This document shows, piece by piece, positions 1-8,573 of a stretch of DNA of 56,107 nucleotides. The notes beneath the pieces are model-generated. The model saw only the letters and a program-made list of their open reading frames with translations. It ran no database searches and was not told the DNA's origin. Source of the DNA: Actinobacteria bacterium UBA7524 (GTDB taxonomy: Bacteria; Actinomycetota; Coriobacteriia; Anaerosomatales; UBA912); assembly GCA_002478275.1 (NCBI GenBank), contig DLMY01000050.1, forward strand, positions 1-56,107, given 5' to 3'. The position numbers and the translations under genes were made by a program. The first letter of the stretch is position 1. Every line of letters begins with the position of its first letter.

Positions 1-65
1 GTGGAGGAGGGTTCTCCGGCGGCGGAGGCGGCGGAGGCGGCGGCGGAGGCGGAGGAGCAGGTTAG
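1..65 (+). CDS. 3' end of a gene with a Gly-rich C-terminus (GGGFSGGGGGGGGGGGGAG*), typical of DUF2207/TPM-type membrane proteins; partial
   Basis: Run of GGN codons ending in TAG at 63-65. Confidence 0.55.
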   Translation, partial: GGGFSGGGGGGGGGGGGGAG

Positions 66-192
66 TGACCTGCGGCTATCTGGTTGATTTGCCAGTCGTA
101 TCAGGCATTATGTTTCGAGGAGTGTATGCCGACACGTTAAGGTATGGACCGCAAGCGGCACACGCGGACGCTCGCGGCTACGCCAAGGGGGT

Positions 193-738
193 TTGGCTGT
201 GATAAGACGCGGGATGAAGGTAGCCATACTGTCGGCCGCAGCGGCGATGCTGCCGCCCGCGTACGCGTTCGCTTCGACCAACGGCGTTGATGCAGAACCC
301 ACCTGGGTACCCTTGGTGATCGGAGGCCTTAGCCTTATCGCTGCGGCCGTGCTGCTCATCGATGCGGTGCTGCTCAAGAGGGTGGCGTTCGGCGGCGCTA
401 TCGCCGAACACATCAGCTACATGATTCTGGCTGCGGTCTGTCTGGCGGCTTCCGTGCTGGTCGACTGGGTCGTCAAGACCGCGCTGCCCGATATCAGTGC
501 ACCTCAGGCAGGATATGCATCCGATGGGCTCGTGCTGTTGGCGATGGTGCTGCTCGCCACGTACTTCTGGCGTGTGCGCACGACGCTCACCGGTTACTTG
601 AAGGAGGCGGCTGCTTACGCGTCCGGCGCCGATCTGTTCGGTGACGTCACGGATCCCGAGCCTTCGGAGCCTGACCCAACCTCTGCGAATCCCGATGCCG
701 TGAGCCACAACCGTCGCAGGACGGATGACGGTGCCTAA
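193..738 (+). CDS. Hypothetical membrane protein
   Basis: AAGGGGG before TTG; signal-like N-terminus and about 3 hydrophobic helices; overlaps next ORF. Confidence 0.7.
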   Translation: MAVIRRGMKVAILSAAAAMLPPAYAFASTNGVDAEPTWVPLVIGGLSLIAAAVLLIDAVLLKRVAFGGAIAEHISYMILAAVCLAASVLVDWVVKTALPDISAPQAGYASDGLVLLAMVLLATYFWRVRTTLTGYLKEAAAYASGADLFGDVTDPEPSEPDPTSANPDAVSHNRRRTDDGA

Positions 739-961
739 CGTCCTCGCACAGAGGATCGAGGAGACGCTCCGCCCCGTGATCGGGACGGTGCTCGCCACCG
801 TGTCCGTGGACGTCGAAGCCAAGCGCATCGGCAAGACCGTCGATACGCTGGAGCGGCGCGATCTGCCGGCAGTCGCCGACAACCTGGTCAGTGCCCTGCG
901 TCTGGTGGTGGGGCAGGACCTCGCCGAAGCGGCGGCATCCAAAGTGCGCGATCTGGCCTAG
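725..961 (+). CDS. Small hypothetical helical protein (78 aa)
   Basis: Coupled to upstream ORF; amphipathic, protein-like composition. Confidence 0.65.
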   Translation: MTVPNVLAQRIEETLRPVIGTVLATVSVDVEAKRIGKTVDTLERRDLPAVADNLVSALRLVVGQDLAEAAASKVRDLA

Positions 962-3366
962 GGACGAAGCGGCCGGGCGAAGCATCCGACCGGGCGGTCG
1001 ATCAGACGCGGCATGCTCAGTACCCATTGGATCGAGGCTTCTGCGTCATGCCAGAAACGCCCGATATGAGCGGCAGCGGCCTCGACGGCATCACTGAGTT
1101 CGGGCGCCGGACGCTCGAACAGGTGCACGAGTACCGTCGGCCCGGGCACGTCCGTTGTGTCCCACACACCCGCGATGCGCCCGTCGACCAGTACGACAGC
1201 GGGCATGTTGCGCGATGCGTCGAAGACGTACGGCGCATGCTCGTCGGCGACGAGTCTCCCGCGGCTCGCATAGCCCATCGTCAGCGCATCGAGTGCCGGC
1301 ACCAGTGTCACGTGGGGCCTCTCGCTCAGACTCGCCGAGGCAAGATCGTCGATGTCGGCGGAGTGCAGCAGGTACGTCCGGTCGTCGTCGGCGAGCCTCA
1401 CTTCTACAAGCTCGCCTTCGAGCTGCTCGAACGCCCGGCGCACCCGGGGCTTGCCCACGCCGATCCACCACGAGACGTCCTGGTCGGTCACGGGGCCGAA
1501 ACCGCGCACATACGCGCGGACGAGCGTGCGCACCGCGTCGTCCTCGCGCACGGAGTCGAGACGGATATCGGGCAGGGCCTGCGCCAGCGGGACGTAACTC
1601 GTCATGTGGTTCGTCCAGTCGCCTACAGGCCTGTCGCGCAGCAACAGCCCTTCAGCGCACATGAGGTTGACGGTCGCCGCGATGTCGACCGTCGCGGCAC
1701 TGCCCAGCCGTTCGCGGAGTTGTGCTGAGGTCAGGGGTTCCTCGGCCAGTAGGGAGAGTATGGTCGGGACGAGGCGCTCGTAGTCGGAGGCGCTGATGCC
1801 ACGGAACTCCGCGTGGCGTCGCGCGTAGCGGATCACGCCGGTGCCTGTGGCGGCGGCCACGACCGGGAGCATCTCGCGACGCACGACGAACACGGCTCCT
1901 CGCATGCAGCGATAGCGCACGAGCGATCGGCGGGTGTAGAGCGCGCGGTCGAGGCGGTCTTTCGTCACGCCGGGCAGGCGGGCGGCCAGTGAGACGTAGG
2001 GCGTGGTCTGGCTCTGCGCGTGCAGTCCGACGAGGTCGGAGACGATCGACTCGATGTTCGCGCCCTCCCAGCGGTTCGCGAGGTGCTGGCGGGTGAGGAC
2101 GTGCGCGGCCGCCCGGGTCGCGGGATAGGCGCGGGAGCTGGCGGGCGCCGAGACCGGGCAGGCGACCGGCTCGCGAGGAGCGAGCAGCCCTCTGCGGGGC
2201 GGGACGGGCGTGCCGGTACCGCCGAGTGAGCCGGGTAGTTTGGTCACGTCGACTTCGGCTATCTGCTCCGCGAGATCGGCGAAGCGGACCAGGGTCGCGA
2301 AGACGCGCGCGGTGGCGAACGGTGACGGCGAGGTCTTGCGGCCGAAGCTGAACTGCGCGAAGTCGCGGTACGTGCGCCGGGGTGTGACGCGGCCGTCGGA
2401 ATCGACGTTGTAGGCAACGAGACACGCGGCGAGCTCCGCGATCGAGAGGCGGTCCTCGGGCCGGGCGGCGGGTCCGCGCCACAGGTGCGGGTAGCGGCCG
2501 ATCGTTTCGAGCACCCACAGCACGTCGTACCAGAAGTTCGGCCACTTCACGCTCTTGAAGTCGTATCCGTGGCCGAAAGCGTACGGGCGTTCCTCGGCAC
2601 GGCGGCGCCAGACCTCGAGCGGCGTGCGCGCGGCCTCGAGCACGTGCGGTGGACGCTCCTCGGGCGGAAGATGCGAGAACGCGCGAAGCCCCTCAAGCGT
2701 GACCTGCGGGCAGACGTCGGCCTTGCGCCCCGGTCCGCGCCACATGCCCGGCTTCTCGGGGACGCACTGCCACGCACGGCCTTGGGGCGTTGGCGCGAGA
2801 TCGGCGCCCATGCGCTCGAGCGCCAGTGCGAAGCGCGCATCCGAGCAGCGGGAGAAGCGGCACAGCACGTCGGCGATGACGTTCGTGTCGCACAGCATCG
2901 AGCCCCATTGCGGTTTCGGCCGCCCCGGAGACGTGCCGAACGCCTGGAAGCGCCCAGAGCGGTCCTGGTGCTCGAGCATCGCGTCGAGGAGCTGCTCGAC
3001 GCGCGGGAAGTCACCTGCGCCCACGCCCATGTCGGCGAGCAGGTTCAGCCGGTTTGGCAGGTAGGCCGGGCTGTGGTGGCCGGAGGCCTCCTCGGCGGTC
3101 TCGTCCCATGCGGGCAGGCTCTCTACGAGCCCTCGCACGTCCGCATCCGCGACGACCGCTGCCCGCGCGGCCACGACCTCGGGCGAATCGGCCTCCTGCT
3201 TGAGCACCAGCGTGCGCATCACCCACTCGGCGTAGGGCTCGCCCGAGGTGAGCGCCCATTCGACCGCCTCATTCGCCGAGGAGACCCCGATGATCTCGCC
3301 GATCCCGGCGACACCGTCAAGCGGTGTCACGGTCTCCTCGGGGACCTGGGGGATCGCTTCGGTCAC
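958..3366 (-). CDS. Fusion of an N-terminal alpha/alpha (prenyltransferase-like) domain and a C-terminal AlkZ/HTH_42-family DNA glycosylase
   Basis: GTG after AAAGGA; C-half has GLHAQ..TPYVSLAAR, MRGAVF, RAYVRGFGPVT.QD..WW.G, VLVDGRIAGVW; N-half has WPNFWYDVLWVL. Confidence 0.75.
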   Translation of the reverse strand: MTEAIPQVPEETVTPLDGVAGIGEIIGVSSANEAVEWALTSGEPYAEWVMRTLVLKQEADSPEVVAARAAVVADADVRGLVESLPAWDETAEEASGHHSPAYLPNRLNLLADMGVGAGDFPRVEQLLDAMLEHQDRSGRFQAFGTSPGRPKPQWGSMLCDTNVIADVLCRFSRCSDARFALALERMGADLAPTPQGRAWQCVPEKPGMWRGPGRKADVCPQVTLEGLRAFSHLPPEERPPHVLEAARTPLEVWRRRAEERPYAFGHGYDFKSVKWPNFWYDVLWVLETIGRYPHLWRGPAARPEDRLSIAELAACLVAYNVDSDGRVTPRRTYRDFAQFSFGRKTSPSPFATARVFATLVRFADLAEQIAEVDVTKLPGSLGGTGTPVPPRRGLLAPREPVACPVSAPASSRAYPATRAAAHVLTRQHLANRWEGANIESIVSDLVGLHAQSQTTPYVSLAARLPGVTKDRLDRALYTRRSLVRYRCMRGAVFVVRREMLPVVAAATGTGVIRYARRHAEFRGISASDYERLVPTILSLLAEEPLTSAQLRERLGSAATVDIAATVNLMCAEGLLLRDRPVGDWTNHMTSYVPLAQALPDIRLDSVREDDAVRTLVRAYVRGFGPVTDQDVSWWIGVGKPRVRRAFEQLEGELVEVRLADDDRTYLLHSADIDDLASASLSERPHVTLVPALDALTMGYASRGRLVADEHAPYVFDASRNMPAVVLVDGRIAGVWDTTDVPGPTVLVHLFERPAPELSDAVEAAAAHIGRFWHDAEASIQWVLSMPRLIDRPVGCFARPLRP

Positions 3367-3412
3367 GGTCGGTCCTTTCGAACGCGCGCGTTGCCGCCGG
3401 TGCTTGAGGCGA

Positions 3413-3431
3413 CTATACTCGCCTTTGCGCT
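3413..3431 (+). promoter_or_regulatory. Putative tRNA promoter (-10 TATACT plus GC-rich discriminator)
   Basis: CTATACTCGCCTTTGCGCT, identical to 11050-11068 upstream of the tRNA-Ser(CGA) remnant. Confidence 0.6.
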
Positions 3432-3465
3432 TGCGAGGCCATACCGCCTCGCGCGGTGCGCTCGC

Positions 3466-3558
3466 GGAGAGCTGACCGAGTGGCTGAAGGTGCACGACTG
3501 GAAATCGTGTGTGCGGTTTGAAACCGTACCCAGGGTTCGAATCCCTGGCTCTCCGCCA
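3466..3558 (+). tRNA. tRNA-Ser(GGA)
   Basis: GGAGAGC/GCTCTCC acceptor stem, anticodon loop CT-GGA-AA, long variable arm, GGTTCGAATCC, encoded CCA. Confidence 0.97.
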
Positions 3559-3568
3559 GACGAAATGC

Positions 3569-3600
3569 GAAGGGACGTCCCGGGTCGGGGCGTCCCTTTC
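3569..3600. terminator. Hairpin terminator between the tRNA and the convergent GAF gene
   Basis: GAAGGGACGTCCCG / CGGGGCGTCCCTTTC inverted repeat. Confidence 0.7.
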
Positions 3601-3608
3601 CGATAGTC

Positions 3609-4220
3609 CTACCAGCTCAGCGAGATCAGCCAGGCGCCGATGGCGACGAACGTCACGGCGAAGATCGCGGTGTAGACCCAGAACTCGACCAGGCTTGCGC
3701 GCAAGCGCTCGTAGAGTCTCGCGTTGTCGAGCGCGATAGCGATCTGGTTGCCGAGCGCTACCACGACCTCAAGGTCGTCGGCGTCGAACTCACCGGACCG
3801 CTTGTTGAGGACCTCGAGCACTCCGAGGGGCCGGTCCTTGCACGCGAGCGGCACGCAGATCATCGAGCGCGTCACGAACCCGGTCTTCTCGTCGAGATCG
3901 CCGAAGAAGCGGTCATCGGCGCGGACGTCGTTGACGATCAGTGGTGTACAGGTCTGCAGCGCGCGTCCCGCGATCCCCTGACCCGGGACCATGCGTACAC
4001 GCTTGAGTTCACCCGTCCCGTCGCCCAGCGCCACCTCGAAGTACAGCCTGCCCGCGCGTCCGTCGAGACGAAGCAGGCTCGCGCGCTCGGCGTCGACGAG
4101 TCGGGTAGCCGCCTCGACCGCCAGGCGTCGGATCTCGGCGGGGTCTCTGGAGGAGACGATCAGTCTCGAGAGCTCCACCAGCTCGTGGAGCTGGGCTTCT
4201 TTGGCGCGCTGCTCGACCAT
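3609..4220 (-). CDS. GAF-domain protein with C-terminal membrane helix
   Basis: GQGIAG..., TRSMICVPL, GVLEVLNKRSGEF...DLE, ALDNARLYE. Confidence 0.85.
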   Translation of the reverse strand: MVEQRAKEAQLHELVELSRLIVSSRDPAEIRRLAVEAATRLVDAERASLLRLDGRAGRLYFEVALGDGTGELKRVRMVPGQGIAGRALQTCTPLIVNDVRADDRFFGDLDEKTGFVTRSMICVPLACKDRPLGVLEVLNKRSGEFDADDLEVVVALGNQIAIALDNARLYERLRASLVEFWVYTAIFAVTFVAIGAWLISLSW

Positions 4221-4666
4221 CACAGCCTCCCGCTTCCGCCCCGCGGCCTGAGCGACCTGGCCAGCCGCAGGAAGGTCGAGAGCAGTCGCATCCCGACGCT
4301 CGCACCGAACAGCAGCATGCCCCAGCCCAGGTAGTTCGGACCTCCGCTGCCGCCCGCAAGGTCGCTGAAATCGACGACGAAGGTGTCTCCGCCTTCGAGC
4401 GTCACCGTCGCACTCTGCGATCCCAGCGACACGCGCTCCACCTGCTTCACCAGCTCGCCCGGGCCGGTTCCCTGCGTGGTCACCGTGGTTGCTGCTGGGG
4501 GCTGTTCCTCTGCGGCCGCGATCTCCTGAGCAATCGGCATGAGCACGAGGGCGAGGGCGAGGGCGAGGGTAGACACCAGGAGCGTCGTCCACGGAGTGAC
4601 GGAAGCGACCCGGGCGGGCCTCACCTGAACCGAGCGTCGCGATGCGTCTGTCAGATGTCCGTCCAT
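4220..4666 (-). CDS. Hypothetical two-helix membrane protein
   Basis: Two hydrophobic segments; stop overlaps GAF start. Confidence 0.65.
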   Translation of the reverse strand: MDGHLTDASRRSVQVRPARVASVTPWTTLLVSTLALALALVLMPIAQEIAAAEEQPPAATTVTTQGTGPGELVKQVERVSLGSQSATVTLEGGDTFVVDFSDLAGGSGGPNYLGWGMLLFGASVGMRLLSTFLRLARSLRPRGGSGRL

Positions 4667-4821
4667 GTCGGGTGTATCGGCTCTTTGCGCCAGGAGGGTC
4701 ACAGGAATGTGATGAATCGCACAACGGCGGAGGTTGTGGCTTGTGCCCGGCGATGCGCCTCGGGCACACTGGCAGGTAGACTGCGTCCCCCGAGCCGGTC
4801 ACGGTAGCGAGGAGAGTCGCC

Positions 4822-5631
4822 ATGCCAACCCGTCTGATGGCCTTCGTCCTGACCCTGGTCCTGCTGTTCGCCCTCGGTCCGGCCGCTGCGTTCGCCACGA
4901 CCTACGTCGTCGATGACGCGCGCATCCTGCCCTCTGAGGTCGAAGACCGCATCGAGGCCCTTTCCGAGCGCCTTGAGCAGGCCACACCGGGCGCCGAGGT
5001 GGTCGTGATCACCGTGCCGTCGCTGGACGGTCAGGATATCGAGCGTGTCGCCGAGCGGCGTTTCGAGCAACTCGGCATCGGCGCGAAGGACGAGGACAAC
5101 GGCGTGCTCCTGCTCGTGGCGCCCAACGAGCGCAAGGTTCGCATCGAGGTCGGCTACGGCTTGGAGCACGTGCTGCGCGACTCGAAAGCAGCCGACATCA
5201 TCGACGAGGAGATCCTGCCTTACTTCCGCGAGGACGACTACCCCGCCGGCATCGAGGCGGGTCACGCGCGCATCGTCCGCATAGTCGCCGAGGAGTACGG
5301 TGTCACCGTCGCGGGTTCCTCGCCACAAGTGGGCGCGTCGGAGAGCACGTCGACCGCGGGTGGCGGCGGTGGCGCGTGGAAGACCTGGCTGTGCTGCATC
5401 CCCCTGTTCCTGCTGATCGGGATCGCCATGTTCGTCTCCTCGGTCCGTCGCAAGATCGCGGGGCTGTTCGGAGGGGGCGGCAAGGAGTCCGGCGCTGCTC
5501 GACCGGTCGCTCCTGTTTCGACAGGCTCAAGCCAGCAGACGCAGACGCTTCAGGATTCGCGGGGGCGGAATCCGAAAGACGGCTTCGGCGGCGGCAACTC
5601 GGGCGGCGGAGGCGCTAGCGGGAGCTGGTAG
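4822..5631 (+). CDS. TPM-domain (YgcG-like) protein
   Basis: Signal peptide; DNGVLLLVAPNERKVRIEVGYGLE; Gly-rich end GGGNSGGGGASGSW. Confidence 0.9.
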   Translation: MPTRLMAFVLTLVLLFALGPAAAFATTYVVDDARILPSEVEDRIEALSERLEQATPGAEVVVITVPSLDGQDIERVAERRFEQLGIGAKDEDNGVLLLVAPNERKVRIEVGYGLEHVLRDSKAADIIDEEILPYFREDDYPAGIEAGHARIVRIVAEEYGVTVAGSSPQVGASESTSTAGGGGGAWKTWLCCIPLFLLIGIAMFVSSVRRKIAGLFGGGGKESGAARPVAPVSTGSSQQTQTLQDSRGRNPKDGFGGGNSGGGGASGSW

Positions 5632-6262
5632 ACTCTCCATCCTGCTTGCGAGAACGCTGTACCGTCTTCTTCCACTCGATGCTCTCGATGCGTGGTCGTG
5701 GCACCGGTGATTCTGCGGCGTGACCGATTGCGAGCAGTGTCATGATCTCGATTTGGTGTGGGAGATCGTAGTGGTCAGCAAGCTGTTCGAAGTCGGCATG
5801 GTGGACCCAGCATGTCCCGAGGCCGAGGTGTGTCGCCTGAAGATCCATATGCGCGACCGAGATCGCGCAGTTCATGAGCGCAACCTCTCGGCCGATCTTG
5901 AGCTCGAATGGCGTACCCGCTCCCGAGACAAGGGCCTTGGTGTTCATGGGCTCGAGCGCTCCGCACTCGTTGAGTTCGGCGACGCGTTCGCCTATCCGCT
6001 TGTCAGACTCCAGATCGGCCATGCACACGAGCACGCAGGGCGCAGTGACACACGCGCCGACACCGTAGGCTGCCGATCTGACCACTTCGAGGTCTTGCGG
6101 TGTGGTGGCGACGATCACCCTGGTGGGCTGCAGGTTGACCGCCGATGGCGCCCGGCGTCCTGCCTCGAGTATCGACTCGACCTGCTCGACGGTAACGGGC
6201 TCTGAGGTGAACGCGCGTATCGAGCGGCGCGCGCCCGCCGCCTTGAAGAGGTCGGTGCTCAC
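5615..6262 (-). CDS. Nitroreductase family protein
   Basis: RRSIRAF, APSAVNLQP, LGLGTCW. Confidence 0.9.
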   Translation of the reverse strand: MSTDLFKAAGARRSIRAFTSEPVTVEQVESILEAGRRAPSAVNLQPTRVIVATTPQDLEVVRSAAYGVGACVTAPCVLVCMADLESDKRIGERVAELNECGALEPMNTKALVSGAGTPFELKIGREVALMNCAISVAHMDLQATHLGLGTCWVHHADFEQLADHYDLPHQIEIMTLLAIGHAAESPVPRPRIESIEWKKTVQRSRKQDGESTSSR

Positions 6263-6645
6263 TGTGCGTCCCTTTCTGCGGTGTCCTGCTCCAGGACCTC
6301 AATCACTTGAGCGATGCCCAGATACGTGCCTTGCGTGTCGAACAGGCCCCGGTAGTGGATGCGGTACCGACGATCTCCAATCTCCATCTGCTTAGTGGGA
6401 GCGCAGTGCCCTTCGCGGATCCTGCTTACAAGCGCGTTCATGCTCGCGGCGTAAGGACCGGTGTGCGTTTCCTTCAGCGTCATGCCCGCGTAGAGGGTGG
6501 GACGTCCGGCTGTGTCGATGAACTCCTCGGCACGCTTGTTCCATGAGTGGACGCGGTTCTCTGAGTCGACAAGTATCACTCCGACTGGCATTACATCGAG
6601 CAGCGCGTGGAGAAGTGCATTCCCAGAATAGTCTTGCATGCGCAC
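6259..6645 (-). CDS. Stand-alone PAS-domain protein
   Basis: LLDVMPVGVILVDSENRVHSWNKRAE...LFDTQGTYLG. Confidence 0.8.
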   Translation of the reverse strand: MRMQDYSGNALLHALLDVMPVGVILVDSENRVHSWNKRAEEFIDTAGRPTLYAGMTLKETHTGPYAASMNALVSRIREGHCAPTKQMEIGDRRYRIHYRGLFDTQGTYLGIAQVIEVLEQDTAERDAQ

Positions 6646-6749
6646 CTCGGTTCGGTATCCAGGCTCTGTCCGGAGTCGGCTCTCGCAGTATTGTACCCAT
6701 CCGGTGGCCTATCATTGGGGGTGTGACGTGTTCGAAGGGGGTGTCCTGA

Positions 6750-7511
6750 TTGACCCAGCGGCTGGCCAGACGTCAGGCACTACGCAGGGTGTTGCTCCTG
6801 CTGTCGTTCATCGCGTTTCCTGTGACGATGAATTACCTCTCGCCATACCTGATCGTCGACGGAGCGTTTCAGGGCATCGTGACCGGCAGCACGTTGGCCT
6901 TCGCCGCGATGTTCGCGATTTCACTCGTGTTGGGCCGCGCGTGGTGTGGCTGGGCGTGTCCGGCTGCTGGACTTCAGGAGCCGTTGCTGCGCGTCAACGA
7001 CAGGAGAGTCGGCCGTCGTGCCGGGCTCGTCAAGTGGGCTATCTGGTTGCCCTGGCTCGCGCTCATCGTGTTCGGCTTCGTGCGCGCCGGAGGCGTCGCC
7101 GCCATAGAACCGCTGTACGGCACGGTCAACGGCATCTCGGTTGCCGGCGACGCGGATCGCCCGATAATCTTCGCGTACGTCATCTACTTTGCCGTCGTGC
7201 TCGTGTTCTTCCTGCTCGCGCTTGCGGTGGGAAGACGGGGAGGGTGCCACACGATCTGCTGGATGGCGCCGTTCATGATCTCGGGGCGCACAGTGCGCAA
7301 TACCGTTCGTTGGCCAGCGCTGCGGCTTGCAGCGGATACTGCTGCGTGTACTTCTTGCGGCGCGTGCACGCGCGGGTGCCCGATGAGCATCGATGTGGAG
7401 GCGCTGGTGGCTTCGGGAGATATGGAGCACGCCGAATGCGTCTTGTGTGCAACATGCGCTGACGGGTGCCCTGCAAGCGCGATAAGATTGACGTTCGCTT
7501 CAGGTGGATGA
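6750..7511 (+). CDS. Membrane 4Fe-4S binding protein (NapH/YccM-like)
   Basis: GRAWCGWACP, CHTICWMAP, CTSCGACTRGCP, CVLCATCADGCP; several TM helices. Confidence 0.88.
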   Translation: MTQRLARRQALRRVLLLLSFIAFPVTMNYLSPYLIVDGAFQGIVTGSTLAFAAMFAISLVLGRAWCGWACPAAGLQEPLLRVNDRRVGRRAGLVKWAIWLPWLALIVFGFVRAGGVAAIEPLYGTVNGISVAGDADRPIIFAYVIYFAVVLVFFLLALAVGRRGGCHTICWMAPFMISGRTVRNTVRWPALRLAADTAACTSCGACTRGCPMSIDVEALVASGDMEHAECVLCATCADGCPASAIRLTFASGG

Positions 7512-7574
7512 CCGATGACGGAGGCTGCTGCGGGTTCGTCGTGGCGCGTCGAGGGGAAGGGACCAGTGATTACT

Positions 7575-8009
7575 ATGATGCGGATTCGTTGGGTCTTCAT
7601 GGCGGCGGCATGTCTGGCGCTGCTCGGGCTTCTGGGCTGCGGGATGCCGAGCTCGTGGTCGGTTTCGCCCGTTGCGTGGGGCGAGGAGGCGGATGGGGGA
7701 GTCATCGTCACGATCTCGGACGGGGAGGAGACAGTCGAGGTCGGTGATGACAAGGAGAACGTGCCGGTGCTCGCACATGTCTACTTCTTCTCCGAGGAAG
7801 ACGATGACGATATCGGTGGCGAATCCCGGGTGGTGGCGACGACGGCCGCGCTCACGGATCGGACCGCCTGTACGTTCAACGGTGAGGACATGGAGGCGTC
7901 AGGATTCGTGAACCTGCTGATGGAAGCGCAGGAAAGCGGCGGTTCTCACAAGATCAAGATCGTCTACCAGGGTGATGCAGCCACAGAGATAGCCCTTGAC
8001 GAGCGATAG
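7575..8009 (+). CDS. Hypothetical lipoprotein
   Basis: Signal peptide with lipobox LLGC; acidic mature region; start uncertain. Confidence 0.6.
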   Translation: MMRIRWVFMAAACLALLGLLGCGMPSSWSVSPVAWGEEADGGVIVTISDGEETVEVGDDKENVPVLAHVYFFSEEDDDDIGGESRVVATTAALTDRTACTFNGEDMEASGFVNLLMEAQESGGSHKIKIVYQGDAATEIALDER

Positions 8010-8112
8010 GGCGGCGGTACGCCTGTGGGCACGCGGGGATGATTTCGGCGGGCGGACGAGCGGCGACCCATCGATGCGGGTATAGACTTGTGGGTCCTTG
8101 GGGGCCCACGGG

Positions 8113-8190
8113 CGTAGGAAGCGATGAGACGCCGGGCCGAAACACGGTCACCTCATGACCCGGCGCGGAGCTAACGGTGAGACCGGCCTT
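8113..8190 (+). ncRNA. Cyclic di-GMP-II-type riboswitch
   Basis: GGAAGC.ATGA, stem CGCCGGG/CCCGGCG, CGGTCACCT ... GGAGCTAACGGTGAGACC with TCAC/GTGA pseudoknot complementarity. Confidence 0.85.
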
Positions 8191-8209
8191 GCGGCCGGTC
8201 TTCTCTGTT
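8181..8209 (+). terminator. Riboswitch expression-platform terminator
   Basis: GACCGGCC-TTGC-GGCCGGTC followed by TTCTCTGTT; overlaps the aptamer 3' end. Confidence 0.75.
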
Positions 8210-8232
8210 GTTCTTGTGGGGAGGTGTGGACG

Positions 8233-8529
8233 ATGAGGGTTGTAGCGCTGGTGGTCGTGTTCGCGGTGCTCGGAGCGAGTGTCGCTCTTGCGGCCGTTGA
8301 CCCTTATGCGATGTACTCACCGGACGCGATGTACGCGTACGGTACGGTGAGCGGCCAGGTGTCGCCCGATCGAGTTCTCGCGTGTCGTTCGATCGAGGGC
8401 ATCGCGCGTGCGGCTGAGTACCTACCGTACACGGCGGATGCGAGTTATGCGCCCTGGTGCGTGTGCGAACAGATATCGCCGGACCGTGTCTTGGCCGTGC
8501 GTGCGGCGTGCGGGATGTGCACGTTCTGA
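8233..8529 (+). CDS. Small secreted protein with internal repeat (98 aa)
   Basis: GGAGGT RBS, signal peptide, QVSPDRVLA/QISPDRVLA repeat, five Cys. Confidence 0.7.
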   Translation: MRVVALVVVFAVLGASVALAAVDPYAMYSPDAMYAYGTVSGQVSPDRVLACRSIEGIARAAEYLPYTADASYAPWCVCEQISPDRVLAVRAACGMCTF

Positions 8530-8573
8530 GGGCGAGGTTCAGAACGAAGCGCCCCGCCGTCCCGCATCCAGCT

